From: a virus
Lineage: Duplodnaviria > Caudoviricetes
Virus record (IMG/VR): IMGVR_UViG_3300023055_000021
Coordinates: 1-30,882 of that record
Strand: one strand, 5' to 3'
DNA length: 30,882 bases
The notes under the pieces were generated by a model. The model was not told where the DNA came from and did no database searches. It saw nothing but the letters and a program-made list of their open reading frames with translations. Positions 7,963-16,371 of the stretch are shown piece after piece. The position numbers were made by a program, and so were the translations under genes. Within the stretch, counting starts at the first letter, position 1; each line of letters begins with the position of its first letter.

Positions 7963-9048
7963 TTATAAGGCACCAGTCATACGGCTGCGCAGTTCCTCAA
8001 GAGTAAGAAACTTGCCCTTGTCGTTGTAGAAGTCTTTGAGCTTGAGCTTGCCCTGGCGCATCAGCTTGCCGCGCTCAGGCCCGAGGATCTCGTCCTGACG
8101 AGCTGCCGACTGCTTCCCAAGCCATTCGGCATAGGTGGTTGACTCCGGCACCTGGCCGTCCATGCTCGCCCGCGTTGCTCCGTCGCTGAAGCCCAGGGCC
8201 TTGGCGCTCTTGAGCACAGGAACCTTGGAGGATCGGCAGCAGAAGTGGATGCGCCCGGGGCCGGCCAGCCAGGGAACCTGGTGCCCAATGGGCTTGTAGG
8301 TTCCCAGCGTGTACGGCAGGCGGTCACGGATTCGGCAGTCGGACGACGTGTGGTTGTCCAATGTACTGAGCCACTCGACATGGCTAATGATGTCGCTGTT
8401 GGCTTCGTACGCTGCGTCACTGGCCGATTCGGCCGTATGGGATACCGCAGATCGCACAACCGCCTCAACGTCGCGCCTGGCCTTCTGGAGCGAGCCATCT
8501 GCGTATTGCTGAGCCCGGCTGCCCATGACCGTGCGAACGATGTCGGCAGTAGTACGCCCCTCGACCACACCCGCACGCACCGCGTCGCGCACTGTGGCTG
8601 CACGGCTGGACTCAATGCCAGCCATCCACTCCCTGAGCAAGCGCCCCTGGAATGGCCGCGCCTGAGCGATTGCTTTCACCGCGCTGAACGCCGGCGACAC
8701 AACGGGGTATGCCTCCTGCACCAGCGCCGGTAGAGCCGCGCGAAGCGCGCTCTGCTGGAATGCAAGTTCGTAGCTGATCAGCCCGTCGGTTATCCGGTCC
8801 ATCGCCAGGCGGATCTCGACGAAGGTCTGCTGGTTGATCCGAAGCACCGCTGACAGGGCAAAATCTACGGCCGAGGCCGACAGGTCGGCGTCCAGGTTGT
8901 CGATCGCCTCGATCAAGGCTGCCCGGAGGTCGGCATCCTTGTTGTTCAAGATCTTGATGATCGTCACGACCTGACTGTTGCTCAGCCTGGACAGATCAAC
9001 CTCATGCCCGATCAGTTCGTTCAGCAACTGCTCATTAGCCGTACTCAT
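7963..9048 (-). CDS. Minor head / head morphogenesis protein (Mu F / SPP1 gp7 family)
   Basis: WLSTLDNHTSSDCRIRD and PGRIHFCCRS motifs. Directly after the portal. Confidence 0.88.
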   Translation of the reverse strand: MSTANEQLLNELIGHEVDLSRLSNSQVVTIIKILNNKDADLRAALIEAIDNLDADLSASAVDFALSAVLRINQQTFVEIRLAMDRITDGLISYELAFQQSALRAALPALVQEAYPVVSPAFSAVKAIAQARPFQGRLLREWMAGIESSRAATVRDAVRAGVVEGRTTADIVRTVMGSRAQQYADGSLQKARRDVEAVVRSAVSHTAESASDAAYEANSDIISHVEWLSTLDNHTSSDCRIRDRLPYTLGTYKPIGHQVPWLAGPGRIHFCCRSSKVPVLKSAKALGFSDGATRASMDGQVPESTTYAEWLGKQSAARQDEILGPERGKLMRQGKLKLKDFYNDKGKFLTLEELRSRMTGAL

Positions 9049-10427
9049 CACAGCGTACCGAGGGCCGGGCCCTGAGCCTCAATCTTGGCCAGTTCGTCTT
9101 CCCAGTCGTATTCATCGCTGATCACGCCGCGGCGCTGCATCTCGGTGAATAGCGTCTCCTTGGAGATCATGCCTGCGTTCGCCATGGAGACCAGCGTCGG
9201 GAGCGACACCTCTGGTATGTAGTCAACGTCGAAGTTGCCTCGCATCTCGACAGTGCCGCCATCGCCGAGAGAGCGGTAGTCAGCCATGTACTGCAGCAGT
9301 TGGGCCAGGCAGTCGGCGAAGTGATGAGCCACACGGGCCAGAGGCGACAACTCCTGAGCTGCCTCCTCTTCCGCCTGAGTCGCGGTCTTGGTCGCGGACT
9401 TGTCAGGCGTGAGCAGCTTGGCGCCGGCCATGCGCATCTCGTTGATCAGGTCCTGCAAAGCAGTGCGCCCGGACTCGACAGCCTGGCCGGTATGCTCTAC
9501 GTATTTGAGGTTGCCGTCTTTCGGCAGGTCAGTCAGCGAGCCGGTGCCGACCTTGAACTCAGGAGATACCGGGACGCCCTGGTCATTGAAGCTCATCTGC
9601 ACGCCGATGCGCACTAGGATAGGCACGCGGATGACGTGGAGAATGTTGTCCTGATCGCTCTGGCTCTGCCAGTGCTTCACGTTCAGGTGCGCCAGCTCCA
9701 GCATCGGCGGCTTGGCGGTCATGAAGCCAGTGCGACCGGTGTAGAAGGTAACCCATGGAATATGGGTCAGACTGTTCACACCATCGTCATGGATGACGAA
9801 CTCGCCGCCCTTTTCCTTCCGGCGATAGATTCGCCATGCGCCAGGCTCTAAAACACGGATCTGCTCGACGCAAATCGCGCCGAACTCGCCGTCTTCTTCC
9901 TCAACCACTTCGAGGAAGCGGATCATGGTGAGCACGCCGTTCTTGGACCGCCAGCCCAGCACCTGCTCGGGCTTAACCAGCACGACATAGGGGCGAACGC
10001 CTGCGGCCTTCTCTTCGGCCTTCGTCTTCACCTGGTCGGCGCGCTGGTGGTCAACGAACGCGTGGCAAAGCCCGTGGCTCATGCCCTCGCTGAAGAAGCC
10101 AACCGCCCAGGAGTTCAGGTCGTTGCCCGCACAGTCGATATCCTTGGTCATTTCCACGATGTCATCTGGAACATCGTCGCCAATCTGCAGCGGCTCAGCG
10201 AACACGCGGGAAGTCATGTTGCCGACCGTCTCGGAATAGGCCGGCAGCAGGGTCGAGAGCCTTAGGCGCTCCTGGTAGGAATCGTCGGCCTCGGCCGGAT
10301 ACTGCGGGAGCAGGCACTTACCCGCGGCCCGCATGGCCATGGTGCCGCCCATCAGCGGAGAGATCACAGCCCAGTACTCACGCATCGCGTTGACTGCTGG
10401 CAGCGTGATGCTCGGGTTATCGCTCAT
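9048..10427 (-). CDS. Portal protein (DUF4055-like)
   Basis: About 459 aa from MSDNPSI; LMGGTMAMRAAG..LLP, YQERL, KPPMLELAHLNVKHWQSQSD. Follows the large terminase. Confidence 0.9.
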   Translation of the reverse strand: MSDNPSITLPAVNAMREYWAVISPLMGGTMAMRAAGKCLLPQYPAEADDSYQERLRLSTLLPAYSETVGNMTSRVFAEPLQIGDDVPDDIVEMTKDIDCAGNDLNSWAVGFFSEGMSHGLCHAFVDHQRADQVKTKAEEKAAGVRPYVVLVKPEQVLGWRSKNGVLTMIRFLEVVEEEDGEFGAICVEQIRVLEPGAWRIYRRKEKGGEFVIHDDGVNSLTHIPWVTFYTGRTGFMTAKPPMLELAHLNVKHWQSQSDQDNILHVIRVPILVRIGVQMSFNDQGVPVSPEFKVGTGSLTDLPKDGNLKYVEHTGQAVESGRTALQDLINEMRMAGAKLLTPDKSATKTATQAEEEAAQELSPLARVAHHFADCLAQLLQYMADYRSLGDGGTVEMRGNFDVDYIPEVSLPTLVSMANAGMISKETLFTEMQRRGVISDEYDWEDELAKIEAQGPALGTL

Positions 10428-10429
10428 GG

Positions 10430-11749
10430 TCACATTCTCAGGGATTGGCTTATGGTCATTTCCACGTTGATTGGGTATCGCTTGGCGATGAAGTAGCCGG
10501 CGGCGTCGTTCATGTGGTCGTGCCCCTTCTTCGGGTCTTTGTCCGGGTCGCCATGCTTGTCGTAGGTCTGCCGCTCGAGGCACAGAGCCAGCTGTGGGCA
10601 CTGGTCGATGTTGACCTTCAGGCGCCGATCACCGTAGGTGTTCAGCAGCATTGCATTGACCGAGTTCACTCTGTCTTTGACGCTAGGGTTCTGCGTACCC
10701 ACGATCACCGTGAATCCAGCCTTGCGCAGCAGGGACAGGTCAGACTCGCTGGCGTTCTTGCTGCTGGTGTTCTGGCCGCTGGCATCGGGGTAAACCGCGA
10801 TACCGTGCCCAGGGAAGCGCGCCTTGATTTTCTCGATCATCTCCGGCGTGTCACGCACCGAATGGATCTCATCCAGGGCCAAGGGCAGGCCATCTCTGAC
10901 GACGTAGACCACCGCCGCCATCTTCATGACGTTGAAGTCCATGCCGATGTGCAGGGCCTCGCCCGGCTTGATTCGCTCGCTGGTGCGGCTCTCGCTGCGG
11001 CTGAAGGTGTAGTAAACGACCCCGGCATAGTTCTCGAAGCTGGCTTCGTACTCTTGCCGGAACGTGCGCGGGTCCATCTTCCGGCGAGCGGCATCCAGCT
11101 CCTCGGCCGGGACGTTGCCGCCCTGCAACGAGGTGTAGAGCCAGCTCTTGTGATCGGGCTCGCCGTCTGGCTGCCCATCACGGTATGTATCGAAACAGTG
11201 GTTGAAGCCCTTGGGGGTGCCAATGCGCAGCGCGTGGCCGCCCTTGCACTTGCCGACGTCAGGTATCACGTACTCACACGTCGACAGCATCGGCCGCAGG
11301 ACTTCTTCCCAAGCCGCCCACTTGCAGTCCGCCCATTCGTCCACCAGAACGAAGAACAGGCCTGAACCGCGCAGGTCGTCGTAGTTCTCCAGACCCACGC
11401 AGCGGATCAGGTGACCGCTTTTGAGCGTGATCAGCATGTCCGACTCGTTCGGCTTGCACTCTCGCCACTCTCGCGGGATGGCCTGCTTCAGTCGGCGCCA
11501 GAACACCCGGCGGGCTTGCTTCTGCGTCGGGGCCGCGTACCAGATCTCATCCTCTACGCTCACGCCCCACTCAGCAGCCAGGCGAGCCGCGCGGCGCATC
11601 TCCGCCTTGCCGAGGAAGGTCTTACCGAATCGACGCCCGCATACCGCATCACGGAAGCGCGCATTACGCTGGAAGCCCCAGACGTAGATGTTCGCCTGCT
11701 TGGGCGTCAGTTTTACCGGTGCCTCATAGGTACGGGGTAGCGGGGACAT
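10430..11749 (-). CDS. terL: Terminase large subunit
   Basis: Walker A-like CGRRFGKT, Walker B VLVDEWA, motif III IGTPKG, nuclease-domain GMDFN and DHMNDA. Confidence 0.96.
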   Translation of the reverse strand: MSPLPRTYEAPVKLTPKQANIYVWGFQRNARFRDAVCGRRFGKTFLGKAEMRRAARLAAEWGVSVEDEIWYAAPTQKQARRVFWRRLKQAIPREWRECKPNESDMLITLKSGHLIRCVGLENYDDLRGSGLFFVLVDEWADCKWAAWEEVLRPMLSTCEYVIPDVGKCKGGHALRIGTPKGFNHCFDTYRDGQPDGEPDHKSWLYTSLQGGNVPAEELDAARRKMDPRTFRQEYEASFENYAGVVYYTFSRSESRTSERIKPGEALHIGMDFNVMKMAAVVYVVRDGLPLALDEIHSVRDTPEMIEKIKARFPGHGIAVYPDASGQNTSSKNASESDLSLLRKAGFTVIVGTQNPSVKDRVNSVNAMLLNTYGDRRLKVNIDQCPQLALCLERQTYDKHGDPDKDPKKGHDHMNDAAGYFIAKRYPINVEMTISQSLRM

Positions 11750-12200
11750 TCTCGTCTGGCTCCAGCTTGTACTCAGCAATGGCGTGCTGCTGGTCCGCCT
11801 GGGAGCCCAGGGGCTTGTCGGGTTCGATTTTGCGGTTGACGTACATGTCGCCGCACTCCTTGGCCGCCTGCTCGTAAAGCTGGGCTGTCAAGGCGAGGTT
11901 TCGCATGTTCTCGGCCTTCTCGGCCATCCTGCTCAGACCGCGCAACCTGTATGCCCGGTTGGCGATCGGGATGTCGCTGGTTTCCTCTCTGAACCGGGTC
12001 CTGCACTCGTGAAAGTAATCTTTCCACTTCTGCGCCAGGTCGCGCCCGGAATACTTCGTCGGGTCGTACCTCTCACACAGCTGGCGAGATACCTCCACCC
12101 CGTATTGCTCCTTGACGGCCTGCGACACCTGGCTCGGTGTATCGAAGCAGGCCAGAGCCTGAACGATGAAGGCCTTCACCTCATTTTTCAGGGCTGCCAT
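11724..12200 (-). CDS. Probable terminase small subunit (DUF2280-like)
   Basis: MAALKNEVKAFIVQALACFDTPSQV...YDPTK...IPIANRAYRLR...EQAAKE. Overlaps the terL start. Confidence 0.8.
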   Translation of the reverse strand: MAALKNEVKAFIVQALACFDTPSQVSQAVKEQYGVEVSRQLCERYDPTKYSGRDLAQKWKDYFHECRTRFREETSDIPIANRAYRLRGLSRMAEKAENMRNLALTAQLYEQAAKECGDMYVNRKIEPDKPLGSQADQQHAIAEYKLEPDENVPATPYL

Positions 12201-12231
12201 AGATTTGGGTTCCGTCAAGGGCTGTCAAGGA

Positions 12232-12840
12232 TCACGCCGACTTGAGCAGACAGGTTCCGCAGGCCCTCGAAATGATGATCTTGGCCACCTCTGGCGGCCG
12301 GCTTGCAGCGTAGATAAGCTGCTGTACGTCTTCGCTGGCACCGTAGCGCCTAACAACACCGACGAACTCTTCTACGTCGTGACCACGCAGGTATAGCTTG
12401 GGCAGCCCCTCCTGGGTGAACTTCGGGGCGCCGTACTCATCGGTTGCCTGGGCGATATGGTAGAGCTCGTGTTCGACCAGGGCGCAGAACTCCGCGTCGC
12501 TGCACTGGGCGCAGTAATCACCAGCCAGGGTGATGAGGTAGGACGGCTCTTCCCCGAACCACTCCCGCATCTGCTGCTCTTGCCGGGCTTTCTGCCACCC
12601 GCCAGCGCGGAACATCAGCTGTTCGGCCTGACCGAGAACCACGCGCCCCTGTTTGGCGAATCCCGTCGATGCCCACAGGACGCCGATGTTTGCGTCAATC
12701 AAATGGGCGTGCTCGGGGTTATGGATGCTACCTGTATCAGCGAGGATCTCGGTTTGTACCCACTCCCAAACCTCAGGTGCTGGGCGAAGAGTCAAACACG
12801 GGGAACCCAGAAGATCTGTCGGAGGCACAGGTCGACTCAT
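12232..12840 (-). CDS. Putative phage metallopeptidase
   Basis: HExxH motif (EHELYH) plus downstream HDVEEF. Directly upstream of terS. Confidence 0.82.
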   Translation of the reverse strand: MSRPVPPTDLLGSPCLTLRPAPEVWEWVQTEILADTGSIHNPEHAHLIDANIGVLWASTGFAKQGRVVLGQAEQLMFRAGGWQKARQEQQMREWFGEEPSYLITLAGDYCAQCSDAEFCALVEHELYHIAQATDEYGAPKFTQEGLPKLYLRGHDVEEFVGVVRRYGASEDVQQLIYAASRPPEVAKIIISRACGTCLLKSA

Positions 12841-12916
12841 AAAAAACCTACATCTTGAAGTACTGGCTGTTTGCCGGTATTGATGGGGCTCGTACGCCAA
12901 CTACAAGGAAGGAACC

Positions 12917-13111
12917 ATGGAGCCGAGATACAAAGTGAAACGGCGAGTCTCTATTGAGATCGGCGGCGCAAAGCATGGGCTAAGAACCTCGACGTCATCC
13001 CCGCCTGGCTTTGCCATCTACGATTCGAGCACTAAACAAAACCTGCCTGACTACTACTCGTCTCAGGCTGATGCCGAGCGGGAATGCGACCGTCTGAACG
13101 AGGCCGAATGA
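12917..13111 (+). CDS. Small hypothetical protein (moron)
   Basis: 64 aa with a strong AAGGAAGGA RBS. Opposite strand to the late operon and fills an intergenic gap. Confidence 0.68.
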   Translation: MEPRYKVKRRVSIEIGGAKHGLRTSTSSPPGFAIYDSSTKQNLPDYYSSQADAERECDRLNEAE

Positions 13112-13315
13112 ATGCTTAATCTGGAACCCTCAACCCGCAAACTTCTGACACTTCAGAAGGCCATCTATACGAACTCCGCCGGTGAAGAGGTCTTCGTCGG
13201 GCTCAGCAGGCCGGAGTCAGAGAGATACATTGAGCTCTGGAGCGAAGCGACCGACGAGTTCATTGAGCTAGATAGAAAACACAAGGGAGCTCACTACAAG
13301 CTTGATGATCTATAG
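13112..13315 (+). CDS. Small hypothetical protein (moron)
   Basis: 67 aa; its ATG directly follows the previous TGA (TGA-ATG coupling). Confidence 0.65.
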   Translation: MLNLEPSTRKLLTLQKAIYTNSAGEEVFVGLSRPESERYIELWSEATDEFIELDRKHKGAHYKLDDL

Positions 13316-13364
13316 CAGGTAGGTGGCTGAAACTTCTCAAGGCGCCGCATTAGACTGCGGCTGC

Positions 13365-13793
13365 CTACTCGCATATCCGGAATGTACGAACCCTGCCGCC
13401 AGTACTGGTATCTCGCCTGGCTGCCATCTCGACGGCCTTTTCGGCGGATGCCCCCATATCCATGGCAGCAAAGGCGAATGGCGTCCCGCTACCTATGGCA
13501 TACGGCCTGTCGAGCATGATTGGCGACCTCGAGAGGCCCGTGTCATTGTCGATTGCCACGAGCATCAGGCTCTCACCATCGAGCACCATAGCCGTCACAT
13601 CTACTGGCCCGGCAGGCTTTGCACCAAAGTAGACGTCAACCAGCACCAGGAAGTCTGGCGTAGCACCCGAACAGAACAGGCGCACGCCATCACGGACCAG
13701 GCACTTGTCATAGTCGTCGTAGACGATTACCTCTCCACGAGTGATCTGCGAGTCGTAGGCGATCACGCCATCCTTGTACGCAATGGTGGTCAT
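13365..13793 (-). CDS. Ntn-hydrolase, HslV / proteasome beta-subunit-like protease
   Basis: N-terminal M-T-T, D-S-Q, a Lys near residue 30, YAIGSG and C-terminal D-x-x-T-G-G, which is the catalytic pattern of T1 threonine peptidases. Confidence 0.8.
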   Translation of the reverse strand: MTTIAYKDGVIAYDSQITRGEVIVYDDYDKCLVRDGVRLFCSGATPDFLVLVDVYFGAKPAGPVDVTAMVLDGESLMLVAIDNDTGLSRSPIMLDRPYAIGSGTPFAFAAMDMGASAEKAVEMAARRDTSTGGRVRTFRICE

Positions 13794-13823
13794 GTATGCT
13801 TGCCCTTTTCAGGAGGTGGTCTC

Positions 13824-13985
13824 ATGCGGCGCTCGCTATTGAAGAAGACAACTGCAATCCACATCGAGATTGACGGCGATACTTGGTACGGACTGGAATC
13901 AACCGATGCTGAGATCTGCAACAAGGATGGCGAAGTAACTTTGTGCCTCGACCTCAGTAAGAATTTCAGGGTCAGGAACAAGTAG
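13824..13985 (+). CDS. Small hypothetical protein (53 aa)
   Basis: MRRSLLKKTTAIHIEIDGDTWYGL..., preceded by a perfect AGGAGGT Shine-Dalgarno. Confidence 0.55.
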   Translation: MRRSLLKKTTAIHIEIDGDTWYGLESTDAEICNKDGEVTLCLDLSKNFRVRNK

Positions 13986-14030
13986 TCTCATCAGTACACC
14001 GATGCGCACGCGCTGGCAGAACGTATATCC

Positions 14031-14258
14031 ATGGTCACACACCTTCAAATAGATGCGCACGGCCCTATCATGGATGGATTGGTTCGAGAGATGATCCGAG
14101 TCCGTGATGCCGGCACCACTCCTCGGGTGACCGCTTGCATCTCACTGGGCCAATTTGGCAATCATTCGTTCGGCGTAACGCCTGACAACGATGAGACGAA
14201 TCTTGATCTTTCAGTGATCAAAGGATCCTATAGCGCAGTTACGGCGCAACCCGATTGA
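14031..14258 (+). CDS. Possible small hypothetical protein
   Basis: 75 aa ORF filling the gap. Weak RBS, and it overlaps the convergent gene end by 20 nt. Confidence 0.35.
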   Translation: MVTHLQIDAHGPIMDGLVREMIRVRDAGTTPRVTACISLGQFGNHSFGVTPDNDETNLDLSVIKGSYSAVTAQPD

Positions 14259-14556
14259 GGGCCTCGTCCGCTTTATCGGCTGCCTGGTTGGCGGTCATTG
14301 CAGCCTTGGATGCTTTGGCGGCGGCGTTCTCCGCCTTCCGGGTCAGCTCATCCAGGCGCTGATCGCGCTCAGCCATGGCGGCGTCGTAGGCTTCGCGGAT
14401 CTGCTTTACTTGGCTGGCCTGGGTGCTGGTCATGGCCCAATAAGCCGACTGCCAGCCCAGCACCGCACCACCGGTTATCAACACCAGGGCGATAACCCAG
14501 ATCTCAGCCCGGCGCCACCAGCGGCGAGCGACAAATTCAAGTGCGCATCTGTCCAT
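14239..14556 (-). CDS. Single-TM coiled-coil protein, probably lysis-associated
   Basis: TM segment IWVIALVLITGGAVLGW followed by an Ala-rich coiled coil. Overlaps the stop codon of the upstream holin-like gene. Confidence 0.7.
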   Translation of the reverse strand: MDRCALEFVARRWWRRAEIWVIALVLITGGAVLGWQSAYWAMTSTQASQVKQIREAYDAAMAERDQRLDELTRKAENAAAKASKAAMTANQAADKADEALNRVAP

Positions 14557-14927
14557 CACGCATCACCTCCAAGCTGAGCGCGTAGCCGGGCGATCTCGGC
14601 GCTCTGGCTCGTCACCTTGTCGGTGAGCTGAGACACCTGCCCGGTCAGCGCTTCAATCTTCCCCTCCATTCGACCAACTGCTGCAGCGAGCTCGTTACGC
14701 TCCTTGGCGAATTGGTCGGCGCGCGCCTCGGCAAGCTTGCGGGCCTCGCGCTCGGAGTCGAGCAGTTCGTTCAGACGGCGCACGGTGCCGATGTCAGCGT
14801 TGTCCATGGCGCGGTCGGCGGCATCCTTCGAGAGAAACTTGCGGAGCCATAAAAAGCCGCCCAGTAAGACGGTGCCCGTTCCGCCCAGCCAGGTGGCTGT
14901 GCCTGGGCCGAGGTCGGTCGGGTCCAT
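14556..14927 (-). CDS. Putative holin-like membrane protein
   Basis: N-terminal TM (WLGGTGTVLLGGFLWL) plus coiled coil, with an AGGAG RBS. Occupies the holin position downstream of the late promoter; function is positional inference. Confidence 0.55.
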   Translation of the reverse strand: MDPTDLGPGTATWLGGTGTVLLGGFLWLRKFLSKDAADRAMDNADIGTVRRLNELLDSEREARKLAEARADQFAKERNELAAAVGRMEGKIEALTGQVSQLTDKVTSQSAEIARLRAQLGGDA

Positions 14928-15052
14928 CAGTGTTCTCCTGGCTAAGCAGCGGGCGGCTCCGCCATAAAATCGTGATTTCGGGCGTCAATAAGCACGCTCG
15001 ATCTAAAGTGTGGCGAGACATGCCTTTCAGACATGCCTCACCTTGTTACAGA

Positions 15053-15928
15053 TCAGAACTCAAAGCCGATATGGCCATAGGTAGGGAATGGGTCAGTGCC
15101 TTGCTCAATCGGGTCGGCGTGATTTGGGTAATACACGCGAATCGGCTTAACGGTCGGCGTAAAGCCAAAGCGAGCCCAGCACACGCGATCCATCACGATC
15201 GAGAAGCTGCCGTCTTCCTGAACCCGGGCGTAGGCATCTGGGTGACCATCAGTGCCGGTATGCCACAGGGGCTTCCGATCGGTGCTGTAGATGACGAAGT
15301 TGCCGTCCGTCTGCATAGCTGCGAAGGCAGCACCTTTATTTTGGGTGTAGGACGCCCAAATAACACGGTCGTTCTCACCGTAGAAGACCAGGTTGCCGTC
15401 GCCTTGGAAGACAAGCCGGGACTTGCCGGCTTTGAAGGTGTCGCCGGGATTAAGAATGGTGCCAGGCTTGATGATTGAGGCAGTGGACTGCGGCTTGATA
15501 GAGACCGATGCAGTAATCTCCCACAGGGGAAATGCATCGATGATGACCATGTTGCCGTCATCCTGGAGCTGAAGGTAAGTACGCCCGGCCGCATTTTCTT
15601 GGCTACCGCCGTAGGGAATGTCGGTGTTCACTGTGTGCCAAATACGGCGGCGGTCGAGGTCCAGCAGCCCCAATACGTGGTTCATGTAGACCTGGGAGGC
15701 GTCGTCTTTCTTCCACACCTTCGGATAATACTCGTCACTATTTGGGGAGTGCTTATCAGCAACCCAAATTGCGGTTGGGCCATCGTACAGAGCAAGGTTC
15801 AGGTCCGACTGGTTGATCAGCCTGTACCGCCCATTGGGCGACTGAATGTACTGATTAACACCAAGAATGGTTTTAGGAGGGAAAACAGAGCCACCGCTTT
15901 GAGCGAGCAGAGGGTAGTTAAAAGCCAT
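15053..15928 (-). CDS. llpA: Lectin-like bacteriocin, putidacin L1 / LlpA family
   Basis: 291 aa with tandem monocot mannose-binding lectin motifs (QSDLNLALY, QDDGNMVII, QGDGNLVFY, QTDGNFVIY, QEDGSFSIV), SPNGRYRL, WARFGFTP, and a C-terminal extension ending in Phe. Confidence 0.93.
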   Translation of the reverse strand: MAFNYPLLAQSGGSVFPPKTILGVNQYIQSPNGRYRLINQSDLNLALYDGPTAIWVADKHSPNSDEYYPKVWKKDDASQVYMNHVLGLLDLDRRRIWHTVNTDIPYGGSQENAAGRTYLQLQDDGNMVIIDAFPLWEITASVSIKPQSTASIIKPGTILNPGDTFKAGKSRLVFQGDGNLVFYGENDRVIWASYTQNKGAAFAAMQTDGNFVIYSTDRKPLWHTGTDGHPDAYARVQEDGSFSIVMDRVCWARFGFTPTVKPIRVYYPNHADPIEQGTDPFPTYGHIGFEF

Positions 15929-15939
15929 TGATTTTTTTC

Positions 15940-16122
15940 CTATAAGCGAGGGTTGATTTGCGGAATTTCCGCATTCATGTCGCTCAAAGGCGATGGCTCG
16001 GGGCTCGAGGCCCTCACATGATTCAGCGCCCCACAGCGGGAGCACTTGATCTGGAGCTGGGTGATCCCCGCCGCTCGGGCGAGGAGTCGTTTGCAATTAC
16101 CGCAACGGATATCTTTAAGCAT
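15940..16122 (-). CDS. com: Mu Com-family zinc-finger regulator
   Basis: MLKDIRCGNCKRLLAR...QIKCSRCGALN, a CxxC...CxxC Com signature; 60 aa. Confidence 0.87.
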   Translation of the reverse strand: MLKDIRCGNCKRLLARAAGITQLQIKCSRCGALNHVRASSPEPSPLSDMNAEIPQINPRL

Positions 16123-16157
16123 CTGCAAAGCCTTGGATTTTTCTGCTAGGCTCCGCC

Positions 16158-16264
16158 CCGCTCGCGCGAGCAGTGAGGGCCTTGGCTGGCTTGCAGGTGT
16201 AGTCTGCGATCTGGCGTCTCCCTTGGGTGTTACAGCACCCGCTGGAGTCGCCCTCTCTTTTTCT
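16158..16264 (+). ncRNA. Candidate cis-antisense RNA to the com leader
   Basis: Extended -10 TGcTAGGCT at 16144-16152 and a terminal stem-loop GGCGTCTCC...GGGTGTTACAGCACCC...GGAGTCGCC followed by CTCTCTTTTT. Ends are approximate. Confidence 0.5.
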
Positions 16265-16279
16265 CGCTGCACAAACAAG

Positions 16280-16306
16280 AAAGCCCCGACCAGTTCGGGG
16301 CTTTTG
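16280..16306. terminator. Intrinsic terminator, possibly bidirectional
   Basis: AAAGCCCCGA-CCAGT-TCGGGGCTTTT, with an A-rich flank on one side and a T-rich flank on the other. Confidence 0.75.
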
Positions 16307-16321
16307 CTTTTCTGCGGGCAC

Positions 16322-16348
16322 AAAAAAACCGGCGCTTTGGCCGGTTTC
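16322..16348 (-). terminator. tR'-like terminator downstream of the late promoter
   Basis: Minus strand reads GAAACCGGC-CAAAGC-GCCGG followed by T7. Confidence 0.8.
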
Positions 16349-16371
16349 TAGATGAGCTTGCCGAAGGCAAA

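Noticed and set aside
115-12883. Many long plus-strand ORFs over the structural genes (e.g. 1622..2725, 5140..6372, 10445..11365)
   Set aside because: Antisense shadows of GC-rich coding genes, with no motifs or RBS.
13323-13823. 5' part of the 220-aa plus-strand ORF 13323..13985
   Set aside because: Antisense to the Ntn protease. Only the last 53 codons have an SD-supported start.
15016-15038. 10-bp direct repeat AGACATGCCT just downstream of llpA
   Set aside because: Could be an insertion scar, but there are only two copies and I saw no matching copy at the other end of the cargo.
15929-16096. N-terminal extension of LlpA in the 347-aa ORF call
   Set aside because: It overlaps com in another frame and starts at a TTG with no RBS. 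The family-like sequence begins at ATG 15928.
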